From: Solirubrobacteraceae bacterium
GTDB lineage: Bacteria; Actinomycetota; Thermoleophilia; Solirubrobacterales; Solirubrobacteraceae
Direction of reading: 5' to 3'
DNA length: 64,000 nucleotides
Assembly: GCA_035294345.1 (NCBI GenBank)
Contig: DATGLC010000019.1
Coordinates: 18,065 to 82,064 of the forward strand
In this document: positions 20,301 to 30,043 of the stretch, piece by piece
Layout: each line of letters starts with the position of its first letter
Position numbering within the stretch: the stretch's first letter is position 1
The notes under the pieces: model-generated
What the model saw: only the letters and a program-made list of their open reading frames with translations
Databases searched by the model: none
Told to the model about the DNA's origin: nothing
Position numbers and translations under genes: made by a program

Positions 20301-21953
20301 ATGACGCTCGCGAGCGAGATCGTCGCTCGGCGAATGCGCCTGCCGCGCCCGCGGACGCTTGACGTCGTGCGCGAGCGTGACCTGCGGGTGCCGATGGACG
20401 ACGGCGTCGTGCTGCTGGCCGACCGGCTGGTCGCGCGCTCGCTCATCGGCCGCCCACAGCCGACCGTGCTGGTGCGTTCCCCGTATGGGCGCGGGGGGCT
20501 GGTGGGGCTCGCGTTCGGGCGGCTTTTGGCCGAGCGCGGCCTGCAGGTCGTCGTGCAGAGCGTTCGCGGCACGTTCGGCTCAGGCGGCACGTTCAGCCCG
20601 TTCGACGAGCGTCCAGACGGCCTGGCAACGCTGCGCTGGCTGCGAGCGCAGCCGTGGCACGCCGGGCCGATTGGGACGATCGGCCCCAGCTATCTGGGCC
20701 TTGTGCAATGGGCGATCGCCACCGAGGGCGACCTGGCCGCGATGTCCGTGCACGCGACCGCCTCGCAGTTCCACGGCCAGACGTTTGCGGGCGGCGGCCT
20801 GGCGCTTGAGAACGTGGGCACGTGGATGGCGGTCGTCGAGGCTCAGCGGCGGTGGCCGGCGCCGCTGGCGGTCGCCCGCGCCGTGCGCCGTGTGCCCGCG
20901 CGCCTGGACACGCTGCCGCTGTCAGAGCTCGACCGCCGGCTGACCGGCTCGACCGTGCCGTGGTTTCAGGCCGCGGCTCCGCGCACCGACCGCCCCGATC
21001 CCTACTGGGTTGCGCGCGACTTCCAGGCAGGCGTCGCGTCGGTCTCCGCCGCGGTGCAGTTCATCGGCGGCTGGTACGACATCCTGCTGCCCTGGATGCT
21101 GGCCGACTTCGCGGCGATGCGCGACGCCGGCCGGCGCCCCGAGCTTTTGATCGGCCCGTGGGCGCACACCTCGCCGGGGATGCTGGCGGCGGGAGTGCGG
21201 GAGGGGCTCTCCTGGCTGCGGGCTCACCTCCTGGGGGAGATGCGTCCCGGCGCGCGCGCCGCGGTGCGTCTGGCGATCACCGGGGCGGGAGGGCCCGTGT
21301 GGCGCTCCATGGACCGCTGGCCGCCGCCGAGCCGCCCGCTGCAACTGTTCGCCCGTGCCGGCGGCCTGCTGTGCGAGGCGCCGGCCGCCGATGACGGCGA
21401 CGGCGACGCCGATCACTACCGCTACGACCCACTTGACCCAACCCCATCGCTGGGCGGGCCCGTGCTGCTCGCGCGCGACCCGGTGCTCGACAACGCGCCG
21501 CTGGAGGCTCGTCCGGACGTGCTCACCTACACCGGCCCCGTGCTGCCGCGCACTCTTGAGGCGATCGGCGAGCCGGCGGTGCGCCTGTGGCTGCGCACGA
21601 CCCGGCCGCACTTCGACGTGTTCGCGCGCATCTGCGACGTGGACCGAGCGGGCGTGTCGCGCAACGTCTGCGACGCGCTTTTGCGCGTCGACCCGGCGAG
21701 CGCCGACAGGAGGCCCGACGGGAGCGTGAGGGTGACGTTCGCGCTGTGGCCGATCGCGCATGCGTTCGCGGCCGGCCACCGGATCAGGCTCTTGGTCTGC
21801 TCCGGAGCGCACCCGCGCTACGCGCGCAACCCGGGCAGCGGTTGCGATCCGATGACCGCCACGGCGGCGGACATGCTCCCCGTGGAGGTTGCGCTGCTGC
21901 GAGACTCGTCGCATCCGTCCTCGGTGACGCTGCCCGTCGTGGCCGGTCGCTGA
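20301..21953 (+). CDS. CocE/NonD family hydrolase
   Basis: VPMDDGVVLLAD, RSPYG, GPSYLG nucleophile elbow, GGWYD, IGPWAH, YRYDP. Confidence 0.92.
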   Translation: MTLASEIVARRMRLPRPRTLDVVRERDLRVPMDDGVVLLADRLVARSLIGRPQPTVLVRSPYGRGGLVGLAFGRLLAERGLQVVVQSVRGTFGSGGTFSPFDERPDGLATLRWLRAQPWHAGPIGTIGPSYLGLVQWAIATEGDLAAMSVHATASQFHGQTFAGGGLALENVGTWMAVVEAQRRWPAPLAVARAVRRVPARLDTLPLSELDRRLTGSTVPWFQAAAPRTDRPDPYWVARDFQAGVASVSAAVQFIGGWYDILLPWMLADFAAMRDAGRRPELLIGPWAHTSPGMLAAGVREGLSWLRAHLLGEMRPGARAAVRLAITGAGGPVWRSMDRWPPPSRPLQLFARAGGLLCEAPAADDGDGDADHYRYDPLDPTPSLGGPVLLARDPVLDNAPLEARPDVLTYTGPVLPRTLEAIGEPAVRLWLRTTRPHFDVFARICDVDRAGVSRNVCDALLRVDPASADRRPDGSVRVTFALWPIAHAFAAGHRIRLLVCSGAHPRYARNPGSGCDPMTATAADMLPVEVALLRDSSHPSSVTLPVVAGR

Positions 21954-21990
21954 ACGCCTCGCCGATCGAGGCAGCGGTCAGGCTCGTGCG

Positions 21991-22154
21991 GCCGGTCGGC
22001 CCGGGCGTGGTCCCGGTCAGTCCGCGAGTGGTCCCGGTCAGGCCGCGCGTGCTCTCGGTCAGGCCTCGCGTGCTCCCGGTCAGGCCGCGCGTGCTCCCGG
22101 TCCGGCCGCGCGTGCTCCCGGTCAGGCCGCGCGTGCTCCCGGTCAGGCCGCGCG
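21991..22154. repeat. 21-bp tandem repeat (CCGGTCAGGCCGCGCGTGCTC, about 7-8 copies) between convergent genes
   Basis: Last unit contains the MOSC gene stop codon; units degrade away from the gene. Confidence 0.92.
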
Positions 22155-22991
22155 CACCGGGTCCCCGAGCGCTATCTCGCCCTCGCTGAGGATGTCCGCG
22201 CGCAGGCCCCCACGATGCACCAGATCGCGAAGTATCGGGCGGCCCGCGTACCGCTGCACGACCGTGCACGGCTCGCAGAGCCGCATCCCCCGGCAGCGCA
22301 CGTCGCCGACCGTGAACTCGTGGCCGACGAGGTCGTTGAGCGGGATGCCCCGCACCACGAGGTTGCGGCGGTGCGCGTCGGGCCCGAGCGGAGGGTCGAA
22401 GGACTCGCAGACCTCGGCCTCGATGAGCGTCAGCGAGCTGCCGGGGATCCCGGACGGGAACGTGCCGCGCCCGTCCACGTGCCGATCGCCCTCAAGCCCG
22501 CGCCCCGGCAGCGCGCGGACACGCTCGCGAGCCAGCGCGGGCTGGCCGGCGGCCGGGGAGATCCAGATCTCCTGCACCGCGCCGGTCTGCGTGGGCGCGC
22601 GCGGCAGCGGCGGTCGCGCCAGCGCGATGTCGCCGGCGGCGATCAGGAAGCCCTCGCGGATCGACTCCGGCGAGACCTGCCCGTCGCCCGATGGGTCAAA
22701 GACCACGCCGGAGGGCACGCCGAACATGACCACGAACCTGGGCCCGCCCGCCGGGGTATCGACCCTCGCGATCCAAGGCCCCGGCCAGGAGAACGAGGGC
22801 GCCTCCGCGACCCGCACCAGCCCCAGCCCCAGGCTTCCCAGCAGCCGGGAGGCCACCGCCAGCGCGGCGGGGTCGCCGTCCGGGGGGGCGCTGGGCATCA
22901 GCTCGGCGGGCTCCTCGAGGATCGCCCCGACGCAGGCCGCAAATGAATCGCCTCTGGGCAGAGGATGCTTGGCCTGGCGCGTGATCCTCAT
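22143..22991 (-). CDS. MOSC domain protein with an extra N-terminal domain
   Basis: GRGLEGDR, RRNLVVRG, RLCEPC, HRGGLRADIL.EGEIALGD. Confidence 0.88.
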   Translation of the reverse strand: MRITRQAKHPLPRGDSFAACVGAILEEPAELMPSAPPDGDPAALAVASRLLGSLGLGLVRVAEAPSFSWPGPWIARVDTPAGGPRFVVMFGVPSGVVFDPSGDGQVSPESIREGFLIAAGDIALARPPLPRAPTQTGAVQEIWISPAAGQPALARERVRALPGRGLEGDRHVDGRGTFPSGIPGSSLTLIEAEVCESFDPPLGPDAHRRNLVVRGIPLNDLVGHEFTVGDVRCRGMRLCEPCTVVQRYAGRPILRDLVHRGGLRADILSEGEIALGDPVRAA

Positions 22992-23100
22992 CGTGCGGCC
23001 TGCGGGGTCATCGTGCGGCCTGCGGGGTCATCGTGCGGCTCGTGGGGTCATCGTGCGGCCTGCGGGGTCACCGGGCGGCCTGCGCGGTCACCGGGCGGCC
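22988..23100. repeat. 20-bp tandem repeat (TCATCGTGCGGCCTGCGGGG, about 5.5 copies) anchored on the MOSC start codon
   Basis: Exact 20-nt period; four units carry ATGA on the minus strand. Confidence 0.92.
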
Positions 23101-23179
23101 TTTGCCGCTCCGGCGGCCCTGCGCGTGATCCCGCGGCCCCCGGCGCGCTCCGCTCTGGCCGGGCTTTGCCCAAATCGGC

Positions 23180-23275
23180 TCACCAGGCCTGCGCGGCGCC
23201 GCAGCGCGGGCAGCTGACGCTGGTCGACACAGGGGCCTGGAACACCAGCCCGCACTGGCAGCTGTAGCTGGCCAT
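23180..23275 (-). CDS. Putative 31-aa zinc-ribbon peptide
   Basis: MASYSCQCGLVFQAPVSTSVSCPRCGAAQAW, with CxC and CxxC. Confidence 0.5.
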   Translation of the reverse strand: MASYSCQCGLVFQAPVSTSVSCPRCGAAQAW

Positions 23276-23591
23276 GTCCTGGGGGGCGCCGGCGGCCCGC
23301 TCGCGCACGCAGATATCGCCGGCGAGTGCCGAATGCGCCCGGCCAGTGGGGGCCGATGCCCCGCGATCGACCGTGTGATCGGATTTCGGACCACGACGGC
23401 GGCCCAGCCCGGCCGCCCCGATTCTCGTCCTTGCGAGCACTGCTGCCCCATATAACGGAGACACCGGCCGTTGGTTTCTCCGTCGGCGGCAGAACTCCTT
23501 GAAGCTAACCCGCCGCTAACGTCGTCGGCCGCATGCCGGCCGCTGCGCTCGCGGCGCCGGAGCGGGGCCGCCGGCCGCATGCCGGCCACCC

Positions 23592-23677
23592 GGCCCGCCC
23601 CCAGCCCGGCGCGTCGCCGGCGGCGACCTGGGCCCGCCCCAGCCGGGCGCGTCGCCGGCGGCGACCTGGGCCCGCCC
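23592..23677. repeat. About 38-bp tandem duplication with an internal palindrome
   Basis: GGCCCGCCCCAGCCGGGCGCGTCGCCGGCGGCGACCTG, about 2.3 copies upstream of ccmE. Confidence 0.85.
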
Positions 23678-23728
23678 GCGCCCGACCGGGGTCGCCGGTG
23701 GCGGCCTTGTGTGAGAATGGCGTGTCGC

Positions 23729-24136
23729 ATGGACCCCAGCCGCAAGCGAGCGATCCGTCTCACCGTCGCGCTCACGGCCGCGCTCCTGCTGGCGTCCGCG
23801 CTCGTGTACACGAGCTTCGCCGCGGGCCGTGACGAGCTGACCGCCTCGCAGCTGCTCGCCCGCGCCCGTCCGGGACAGACCTACATCCTGGCGGGCACCG
23901 TTCTGGACGGCTCGGTGCACTGGGACGGGAACGTGCTCATGTTCCGCGTGCGAGACCCCAAGCTCGACGTCTCGGTTCCGGTGCGCTACACCGGGGTGGT
24001 GCCGGACCCCTTCGCCCCGGGGCGCGGCGTGCTCGTCGACGTGCGGGAGGGCGGGCCGTCCGGGTTCATCGGCGAGGCCAACACGCTGACCACCAAGTGT
24101 CCGTCCAAGTACCAGGCGGCGTCAGGGTCCTATTGA
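23729..24136 (+). CDS. ccmE: Cytochrome c maturation heme chaperone (CxxxY type)
   Basis: N-terminal TM, VPVRYTGVVPDPF, TKCPSKY; upstream of ccmF. Confidence 0.9.
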   Translation: MDPSRKRAIRLTVALTAALLLASALVYTSFAAGRDELTASQLLARARPGQTYILAGTVLDGSVHWDGNVLMFRVRDPKLDVSVPVRYTGVVPDPFAPGRGVLVDVREGGPSGFIGEANTLTTKCPSKYQAASGSY

Positions 24137-24155
24137 CGACCGCCGCTGACAGCTG

Positions 24156-26411
24156 ATGGCGACCGCCGGCCGCCTGCTGCTGATCCTCGCCCTGATCGGC
24201 GCCGTATACGGCCTGTGCGCATCGCTGTACGGGGCGCGCAGCGGCGCTCGCGAGTGGGTCGACTCCGGACGGCGCGCGATGTACTCGGTCGCGCTGATCG
24301 CCGTCGTGGCGTTCGTGATCCTCGACGTCGCGTTCATCACCTCCGACTTCTCCTACGACATCGTCGCCAGCGGCTCGAGCACGACCACGCCGCTCGCCTA
24401 CCGTGCCGCCGCGGTGTGGTCCACTCAGCAGGGCTCGCTGCTTCTGTGGGTGATGCTGATGTCGCTGTGGGCGAGCCTGGCGCTGTTCGTCACCCGCCGT
24501 CGCGTGCGCGAGATCGTCCCCTACGCGCAGGCGACGATGTTCGCCTTCACCATCTTCTTTGCGGGACTGTGCGTACTGTTCGCCAACCCGTTTGCCACCA
24601 ATGACGCGCACCTGACCGAGGGGGCGGGCCTCGATCCGCTGCTGCGCCATGTCACGATGCTCATGCACCCGCCGATGGTGTACTCCGGCTACACGCTGCT
24701 GCTGGTGCCGTTCAGCTTCGGCGTCGGTGCGCTTTTGGCAAACCGCGTCGGCGCCGAGTGGCTGCAGGTGACGCGCAGGTTCGCGCTGGCCGCCTGGCTG
24801 TGCCTTGGGATCGGGATCATGCTCGGCGCCCGCTGGTCCTACACCGAGCTGGGGTGGGGCGGTTACTGGGCCTGGGATCCGGTCGAGAACGCGGCGCTGA
24901 TGCCGTGGCTGTGCGCCACGGCGTTCATCCACTCGATGATGATCCAGGAAAAGCGCGGGATGCTCAAGGTGTGGAACGCGTCGCTGGTGCTCGCCACCGG
25001 ATGCCTTGCGATCGTCGGCACCTTCCTCGTGCGCTCGGGGATCCTGAGCTCCATCCACGCCTTCGTCTCCGACCCGACGCTCAACGTGTCGTTCGTGTCG
25101 CTGATCTCGGTGATGGTGATCGGCTCGATCGCGCTGGTGGTCTTCAGACGCGACAGCCTTCGCACCGAGGCTCGCCTTGACTCGCTGCTCTCGCGCGAGG
25201 CGGTGTTCCTGTTTCAGAACCTCGTGCTGGTGGCGCTCGCCGCGGTGATCTTCTGGATCACGTTCTTCCCGCTGATCTCCGAGGCGATCACCGGCACCGA
25301 GGTCTCGGTCGGACCGCCCGCGTTTCGCCCGTTCGTCGTCCCGCTGGCGCTGATCGTGGTGCTGCTGTCGGGCATCGGTCCGATCATCGCCTGGCGGCGG
25401 GTGACGGCGGCCCGGCTGCGACGCAACTTCGCCTTCCCGGTGGCTGTCGGCACGACGACGCTGGTCGTGCTGGCGGTCGCGACCGATGCGACCGCGCATC
25501 TGCTCGCATGGGTGATGTTCGGCTGTGCGGCCTTCGCGATCGCCACCGTCGGCCAGGAGCTGGCGCGCGGCACCCGGGCGCGCGCGGCCATGACCGGCGC
25601 CGCTGCGCCCGTGGCGCTGCTGGGGCTCGTGCGGCGAAACCGCCGCCGCTACGGCGGCTACATCGTCCATCTGGGCTTTGCGCTGGCGATGATCGGGGTC
25701 GCCGCCTCGACCTCGTTCCAGCACCAGCGCTACGCGTTCCTGCGGCCGGGGCAGAGCGCGCAGGTCGACGGCTACACGGTGCGCTACGTGCGCCCCACCG
25801 TGAGCGCCACGGCGCAGCGGCTGTCGTTCGGCGCGGTGCTCGACGTCACCCGCGGGGGCCGGCATGTCACCACCATGCAGACCAGCTACGGGCTGTACCC
25901 GGCGCAGGACCCGATGCACCCGATCGGGCGCTTCTTCAACGGCTCGCAGGAGAGCGAGGTCGCTCTGGACTCGGGCCCGCTGCGCGATATCTGGGCGGTC
26001 ATCCACCCCAATGTCACCCCGCTTCAGGGCCTCATCGCCCGGGGCGACCAGCTCGTCTCCAGGCTGCTGTTGCAGGTCTCCTCGCTGCCCGCCTCCCAGC
26101 AGCCGGCCGAGCTGAACCTCGCCTACGCACTGCGCGACCAGCTCATCCGCGTGCTCGCGCAGCGGTTCGTGACCCACCCGTGGGCGTCCCAGTTCCTGTT
26201 CGAGGTCAGTCCGCTGGTGATGTGGCTGTGGGTGGGGGCGATCGTCGCCGCGCTCGGCGGGCTGATCGCGCTGCCGCCGCTGCGCCCCGTCCGCCGGCGC
26301 GCCGGCGCCGCGCGGCGGCTTGCCTCCGCTGTGGATGCGCAGGACCTGGCGGCAGGGGGCAAGGCGCCGCAGCCCGCCGGGCTGGTGTCGCCTGAGCGGG
26401 AGCTCGTGTGA
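24156..26411 (+). CDS. ccmF: Cytochrome c heme lyase
   Basis: GSLLLW, GLDPLL, HPP, WSYTELGWGGYWAWDPVENA, GTFLVRSG..SIHAF, YGGYIVH. Confidence 0.95.
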   Translation: MATAGRLLLILALIGAVYGLCASLYGARSGAREWVDSGRRAMYSVALIAVVAFVILDVAFITSDFSYDIVASGSSTTTPLAYRAAAVWSTQQGSLLLWVMLMSLWASLALFVTRRRVREIVPYAQATMFAFTIFFAGLCVLFANPFATNDAHLTEGAGLDPLLRHVTMLMHPPMVYSGYTLLLVPFSFGVGALLANRVGAEWLQVTRRFALAAWLCLGIGIMLGARWSYTELGWGGYWAWDPVENAALMPWLCATAFIHSMMIQEKRGMLKVWNASLVLATGCLAIVGTFLVRSGILSSIHAFVSDPTLNVSFVSLISVMVIGSIALVVFRRDSLRTEARLDSLLSREAVFLFQNLVLVALAAVIFWITFFPLISEAITGTEVSVGPPAFRPFVVPLALIVVLLSGIGPIIAWRRVTAARLRRNFAFPVAVGTTTLVVLAVATDATAHLLAWVMFGCAAFAIATVGQELARGTRARAAMTGAAAPVALLGLVRRNRRRYGGYIVHLGFALAMIGVAASTSFQHQRYAFLRPGQSAQVDGYTVRYVRPTVSATAQRLSFGAVLDVTRGGRHVTTMQTSYGLYPAQDPMHPIGRFFNGSQESEVALDSGPLRDIWAVIHPNVTPLQGLIARGDQLVSRLLLQVSSLPASQQPAELNLAYALRDQLIRVLAQRFVTHPWASQFLFEVSPLVMWLWVGAIVAALGGLIALPPLRPVRRRAGAARRLASAVDAQDLAAGGKAPQPAGLVSPERELV

Positions 26412-26438
26412 TGCGCCAGGGGCGCGGGGGGTGAGCTG

Positions 26439-26744
26439 ATGGCGGGCTACCTGCTGGTGCTCGCGGTCGTCGGCTTTGCCGTGTACATCGTGTCCGCGCC
26501 GCTTCGCAGCGCGCGCGCGCGGCGGCGCACGGCGCCGGACGGACTGCTTGAGTCGGTCGCCGAGCTCGAGGCGGCTCGAGACGCCAAGTACCTTGAGATC
26601 ACCGACGCGGAGCTTGACCTTCGCACCGGCAAGCTCTCGCCTGATGATCACCGCTCGCTTGACCGTGCGCTGCGCGCCGAGGCGATCGAGATCCTCCACC
26701 GGCTGGACGCCGCCCGCGCCCGCGCAGCCGCCGACGAGCGCTAG
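26439..26744 (+). CDS. Small membrane protein, CcmI N-terminal-like
   Basis: N-terminal TM followed by EITDAELDLRTGKLSPDD pattern; follows ccmF. Confidence 0.6.
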   Translation: MAGYLLVLAVVGFAVYIVSAPLRSARARRRTAPDGLLESVAELEAARDAKYLEITDAELDLRTGKLSPDDHRSLDRALRAEAIEILHRLDAARARAAADER

Positions 26745-26755
26745 CATCGGCGCAG

Positions 26756-26983
26756 ATGACCGCGATCCTCGACTTCCTCCAGGTCGTCTTCTCGGTCGGC
26801 CTGGTGTTCTTGATCCTGATGCACTCGGGCAAGGACGCCGGGCTCTCCGGCGCGTTCGGGGTGGGAACGGGAACCGGGCCGCTGGGCGGCGGCTCGCTGG
26901 TGGAGCGCAACCTCAACCGCTGGACGATCGTGTTCGCGGTGCTGTTCGTGGCCAACACGATCGCCCTGATCAAGACGTCCTGA
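26756..26983 (+). CDS. secG: Preprotein translocase subunit SecG
   Basis: LILMHSGKDAGLSGAFG...ERNLNRWT, two TMs. Confidence 0.92.
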   Translation: MTAILDFLQVVFSVGLVFLILMHSGKDAGLSGAFGVGTGTGPLGGGSLVERNLNRWTIVFAVLFVANTIALIKTS

Positions 26984-27032
26984 GCCCACGCTCGCCCTCC
27001 GCGACCCAGGCCCCCTGCCCGACCACGGAGGC

Positions 27033-28610
27033 GTGAGGATGCTGCGCCGAAGGCCTCTGGCAGGAACGAGATGGGCGCGGTTGTGCGCGCTGGCGGCGGC
27101 GCTGCTCGGCTTGCTGGCCGCCGGCGGCTGGGGGCTGGCGCAGACCACCTCCGGCGCGGCACCCGCCGTGCCGCGCGACGCTCAGTCCACCCGCGGGGCG
27201 CTGTCGCTCGCCGGTCAGGCGATCCCCGGCGCCGACTGGCCGGAGTTCGACTATGACCCGCAGAGAAGCGGCGTGGGGCCCGCCGACACCGGCATCGAGG
27301 CGGGCGACGTTGGCCTGTTGACGCTCAGGACGGTGCGGATCGGCGGGATCGTCGACTCCTCTGCCGTGGAGCTGCACGACGTCGAAGTCGACGGCCGGGT
27401 GCGGGACGTGGTCGCCGTCACGACCACCTACGGCGACACGATCGCGATCGATCCGGCGACCGGCCGGCTGCTGTGGGAGTTTCGCCCGCGCGGGGTGGAC
27501 TCCGCGCCCGGCAACCCTCAGGTGACGACCGCCACGCCCGCGATCGATCCCGACCGCGCCTACATCTACACCGCCAGCCCCAACGGGGTGATCCACAAGC
27601 TCGCGATCGCCACCGGCCGGCAGGTGTGGGCGCGCTCTGTGACGTTGGATCCGGCGCACGAGAAGCTCGCCTCGGCGATCAACATCGACGGGCCGTGGGT
27701 CGTGGTGGCCACCGGCGGCTACATCGGCGACATCCCGCCCTACGACGGCCATGTGGTGACGCTCAGCCGCGCAACCGGGCGGATCGTGCACGTGTTCAAC
27801 ACGATGTGCTCGGACCGCCACCGCCTGATCGCGGCCCGCAGCTGCCCCGGCACGAACACCAACGGCGACGACGCCATCTGGGCTCGCGCGGGCGCGGTCG
27901 TCGAGCCCGGCAGCGGCCGGCTGCTGGTGGCCACCGGCAACGGCCCCTTCAATGGACGCACCTACTGGGGCGACAGCGTGCTCGAGCTCTCCGCGGACGC
28001 GGGCGCGCTCCTGCACAACTGGACCCCGACCGACCAGGCCCGGCTGGACGCGGGGGACATCGACCTGGGCTCCACCGCGCCCGCGCTGGTCCCCGGCCCC
28101 GACGGGATGCGCCTGGCCGTCCAGGGCGGCAAGGACGGGCGGCTTCATCTGCTGAACCTCAGCCGCCTGGACGGCACCACCGGCGGCGCCTCTCCACGGC
28201 TGGGCGGCGAGCTGTCCGAGATCGCGGCGCCGGGCGGGGCGCAGGTGTTCACCGCACCGGCGGTGCTCAGCGCCGCCGGGCGCACGCTCGTGTTCGTGGC
28301 CGACGGCTCGGGCACCGCCGCCTACCGCGTCGTCGGCGGATCGAGGCCGCGCCTGGCGTTCGCCTGGCAGGACTCCACCCCGGGAACCAGCCCCGTGGTC
28401 GCGGGCGGGCTGCTGTACGTCTACGACCCGTCCGGCGCGATCGACATCCGCAACCCGCTGACCGGCGCGCTCCTGCGCAGCGTCCCGGCGGCGCCCGGGC
28501 ACTGGAACAGCCCGATCGTGGTGGGCGGGCGCATCGTCGAGCCGACCGGCGCCTACGGATCGAGCGCTCGCTTCAGCACGATCTACATCTACCACCTGCC
28601 CGGGGCCTGA
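27033..28610 (+). CDS. Secreted PQQ-like beta-propeller protein
   Basis: Signal peptide, DWPEFDYDPQRSG, repeated AIDPATGRLLW-type blades. Confidence 0.8.
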   Translation: MRMLRRRPLAGTRWARLCALAAALLGLLAAGGWGLAQTTSGAAPAVPRDAQSTRGALSLAGQAIPGADWPEFDYDPQRSGVGPADTGIEAGDVGLLTLRTVRIGGIVDSSAVELHDVEVDGRVRDVVAVTTTYGDTIAIDPATGRLLWEFRPRGVDSAPGNPQVTTATPAIDPDRAYIYTASPNGVIHKLAIATGRQVWARSVTLDPAHEKLASAINIDGPWVVVATGGYIGDIPPYDGHVVTLSRATGRIVHVFNTMCSDRHRLIAARSCPGTNTNGDDAIWARAGAVVEPGSGRLLVATGNGPFNGRTYWGDSVLELSADAGALLHNWTPTDQARLDAGDIDLGSTAPALVPGPDGMRLAVQGGKDGRLHLLNLSRLDGTTGGASPRLGGELSEIAAPGGAQVFTAPAVLSAAGRTLVFVADGSGTAAYRVVGGSRPRLAFAWQDSTPGTSPVVAGGLLYVYDPSGAIDIRNPLTGALLRSVPAAPGHWNSPIVVGGRIVEPTGAYGSSARFSTIYIYHLPGA

Positions 28611-28635
28611 GGGGGCGCGCTGGCAGGCGGCGTGT

Positions 28636-28688
28636 GTTCGCATCGCGGCCAAGCGGGCGCTCTGCGACCAGCGAACGGAATATAGTCT
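28636..28688 (+). promoter_or_regulatory. Putative IclR (PcaR/PobR-type) boxes and -10 of the pob-pca operon
   Basis: GTTCGCATCGCGGCC (28636-28650) and CTGCGACCAGCGAAC (28662-28676) resemble GTTCGC-N3-GCGAAC; TATAGT at 28681. Confidence 0.5.
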
Positions 28689-28697
28689 CAGGCTGTG

Positions 28698-29939
28698 ATG
28701 CAGGAGCGCACCCAGGTGGGGATCGTCGGCGCCGGCCCCGCCGGACTGCTGCTCGGCCAGCTTCTGCACCGCCACGGCGTCGAGGCGGTGATCCTGGAGG
28801 ACCGCAGCCGCGAGTACGTCGAGGCGCGAATCCGCGCTGGCGTGCTCGAGCAGGGAACGATGGAGGTCCTGCGCGAGGCCGGCGTGGGCGAGCGCATGGA
28901 CCGCGAGGGGCTGCGTCACGGCGGCATCTACCTGTGCTTCGACCACCGCCGACATCACATCCCGATGAGCGAGCTCACCGGCGGCCGAGGCGTGATGATC
29001 TACGGCCAGACCGAGGTGGTCAAGGACCTGATCGCGGCCAGGCTCGCGGCGGGGGCGCCCCTGCACTTCGAGTGCGAGCAGGTCACGGTCGAGGGCGTCG
29101 AGCAGGGCGAGCCCTCGATCTCCTATGTGCACGCCGGGCGCCGCCACGAGCTGCGCTGCGACATCGTCGCCGGCTGTGACGGCTTCCACGGCGTCTGTCG
29201 CACAACCATCCCGCCCGAGCGGCTCACCTGCTGGCAGCGCGAGTACCCGTACGCGTGGCTGGGGATTCTCGCCGACGTCGCGCCGTCCACCGACGAGCTG
29301 ATCTACGCCTACAGCGAGCGCGGGTTCGCGCTTCACAGCATGCGCTCGCTCACGCTCAGCCGCCTCTACATCCAGGTGCAGCCATCCGAGCGGATCGACG
29401 CCTGGCCGGACGCGCGCATCTGGGAGGAGCTGCAGCTGCGGCTGGCTAGCGAAGGCTGGCAGCTGACCGAGGGCCCGGTGCTGGAGAAGTCGATCACGCC
29501 GATGCGAAGCTTCGTCGCCGCGCCGATGCGCCACGGCCCGCTGGTGCTGGCCGGCGACGCGGCCCACATCGTTCCCCCCACCGGCGCCAAGGGCCTCAAC
29601 CTGGCCGTCGCGGACGTGACGTTGCTCGCGCAGGCGCTGATCGCGCACTTCCACGACGGCTCGGGCACGGGCCTTGAGGAGTACTCCGACCGCTGCCTTG
29701 CGAGGGTCTGGCGCGCGCAGCACTTCTCGTGGTGGATGACCACGATGCTGCATCTGGACCCGGACGACGACCCCTACGCCCGCCAGCTGCAGCGCTCCCA
29801 GCTTCGCTACGTGACCAGCTCCACGGCCGCCGCCACCTCCCTGGCCGAGAACTACGTCGGCCTGCCGCTTCACTGGACCCGGGACGCGGCGGTGGACGGG
29901 GTCGCCGAGCCACGCGGGACGGTGGTGGCCGGTGGCTGA
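28698..29939 (+). CDS. pobA: 4-hydroxybenzoate 3-monooxygenase
   Basis: GAGPAGL, RIRAGVLEQG, YGQTEV, GCDGFHG, GDAAHIVPPTGAKGLNLA, AENYVGLP. Confidence 0.97.
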   Translation: MQERTQVGIVGAGPAGLLLGQLLHRHGVEAVILEDRSREYVEARIRAGVLEQGTMEVLREAGVGERMDREGLRHGGIYLCFDHRRHHIPMSELTGGRGVMIYGQTEVVKDLIAARLAAGAPLHFECEQVTVEGVEQGEPSISYVHAGRRHELRCDIVAGCDGFHGVCRTTIPPERLTCWQREYPYAWLGILADVAPSTDELIYAYSERGFALHSMRSLTLSRLYIQVQPSERIDAWPDARIWEELQLRLASEGWQLTEGPVLEKSITPMRSFVAAPMRHGPLVLAGDAAHIVPPTGAKGLNLAVADVTLLAQALIAHFHDGSGTGLEEYSDRCLARVWRAQHFSWWMTTMLHLDPDDDPYARQLQRSQLRYVTSSTAAATSLAENYVGLPLHWTRDAAVDGVAEPRGTVVAGG

Positions 29940-30043
29940 CCGGCTCGGAGGGTGGCGGATCGATGGCGGGCGGTGGTGGCCCGTGGCTGACCGGCTCGGC
30001 GGGAGGCGGATCGATGCGGGGACGGTGGTGGCCCATGGCTGAG
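29915..30043 (+). repeat. 51/52-bp tandem duplication of the pobA/pcaI junction
   Basis: (G/A)TGGCTGA at 29932, 29983 and 30035. Confidence 0.88.

Noticed and set aside
21991-23100. CRISPR or iteron arrays flanking the MOSC gene
   Set aside because: Contiguous tandem units without spacers, derived from the gene's own termini; no rep or cas gene
26970-29873. 967-aa minus-strand ORF and similar long ORFs (24066-26747, 55442-57889, 35814-37784, 17418-19430)
   Set aside because: Antisense shadows of well-supported genes, common at high GC, with no recognisable motifs
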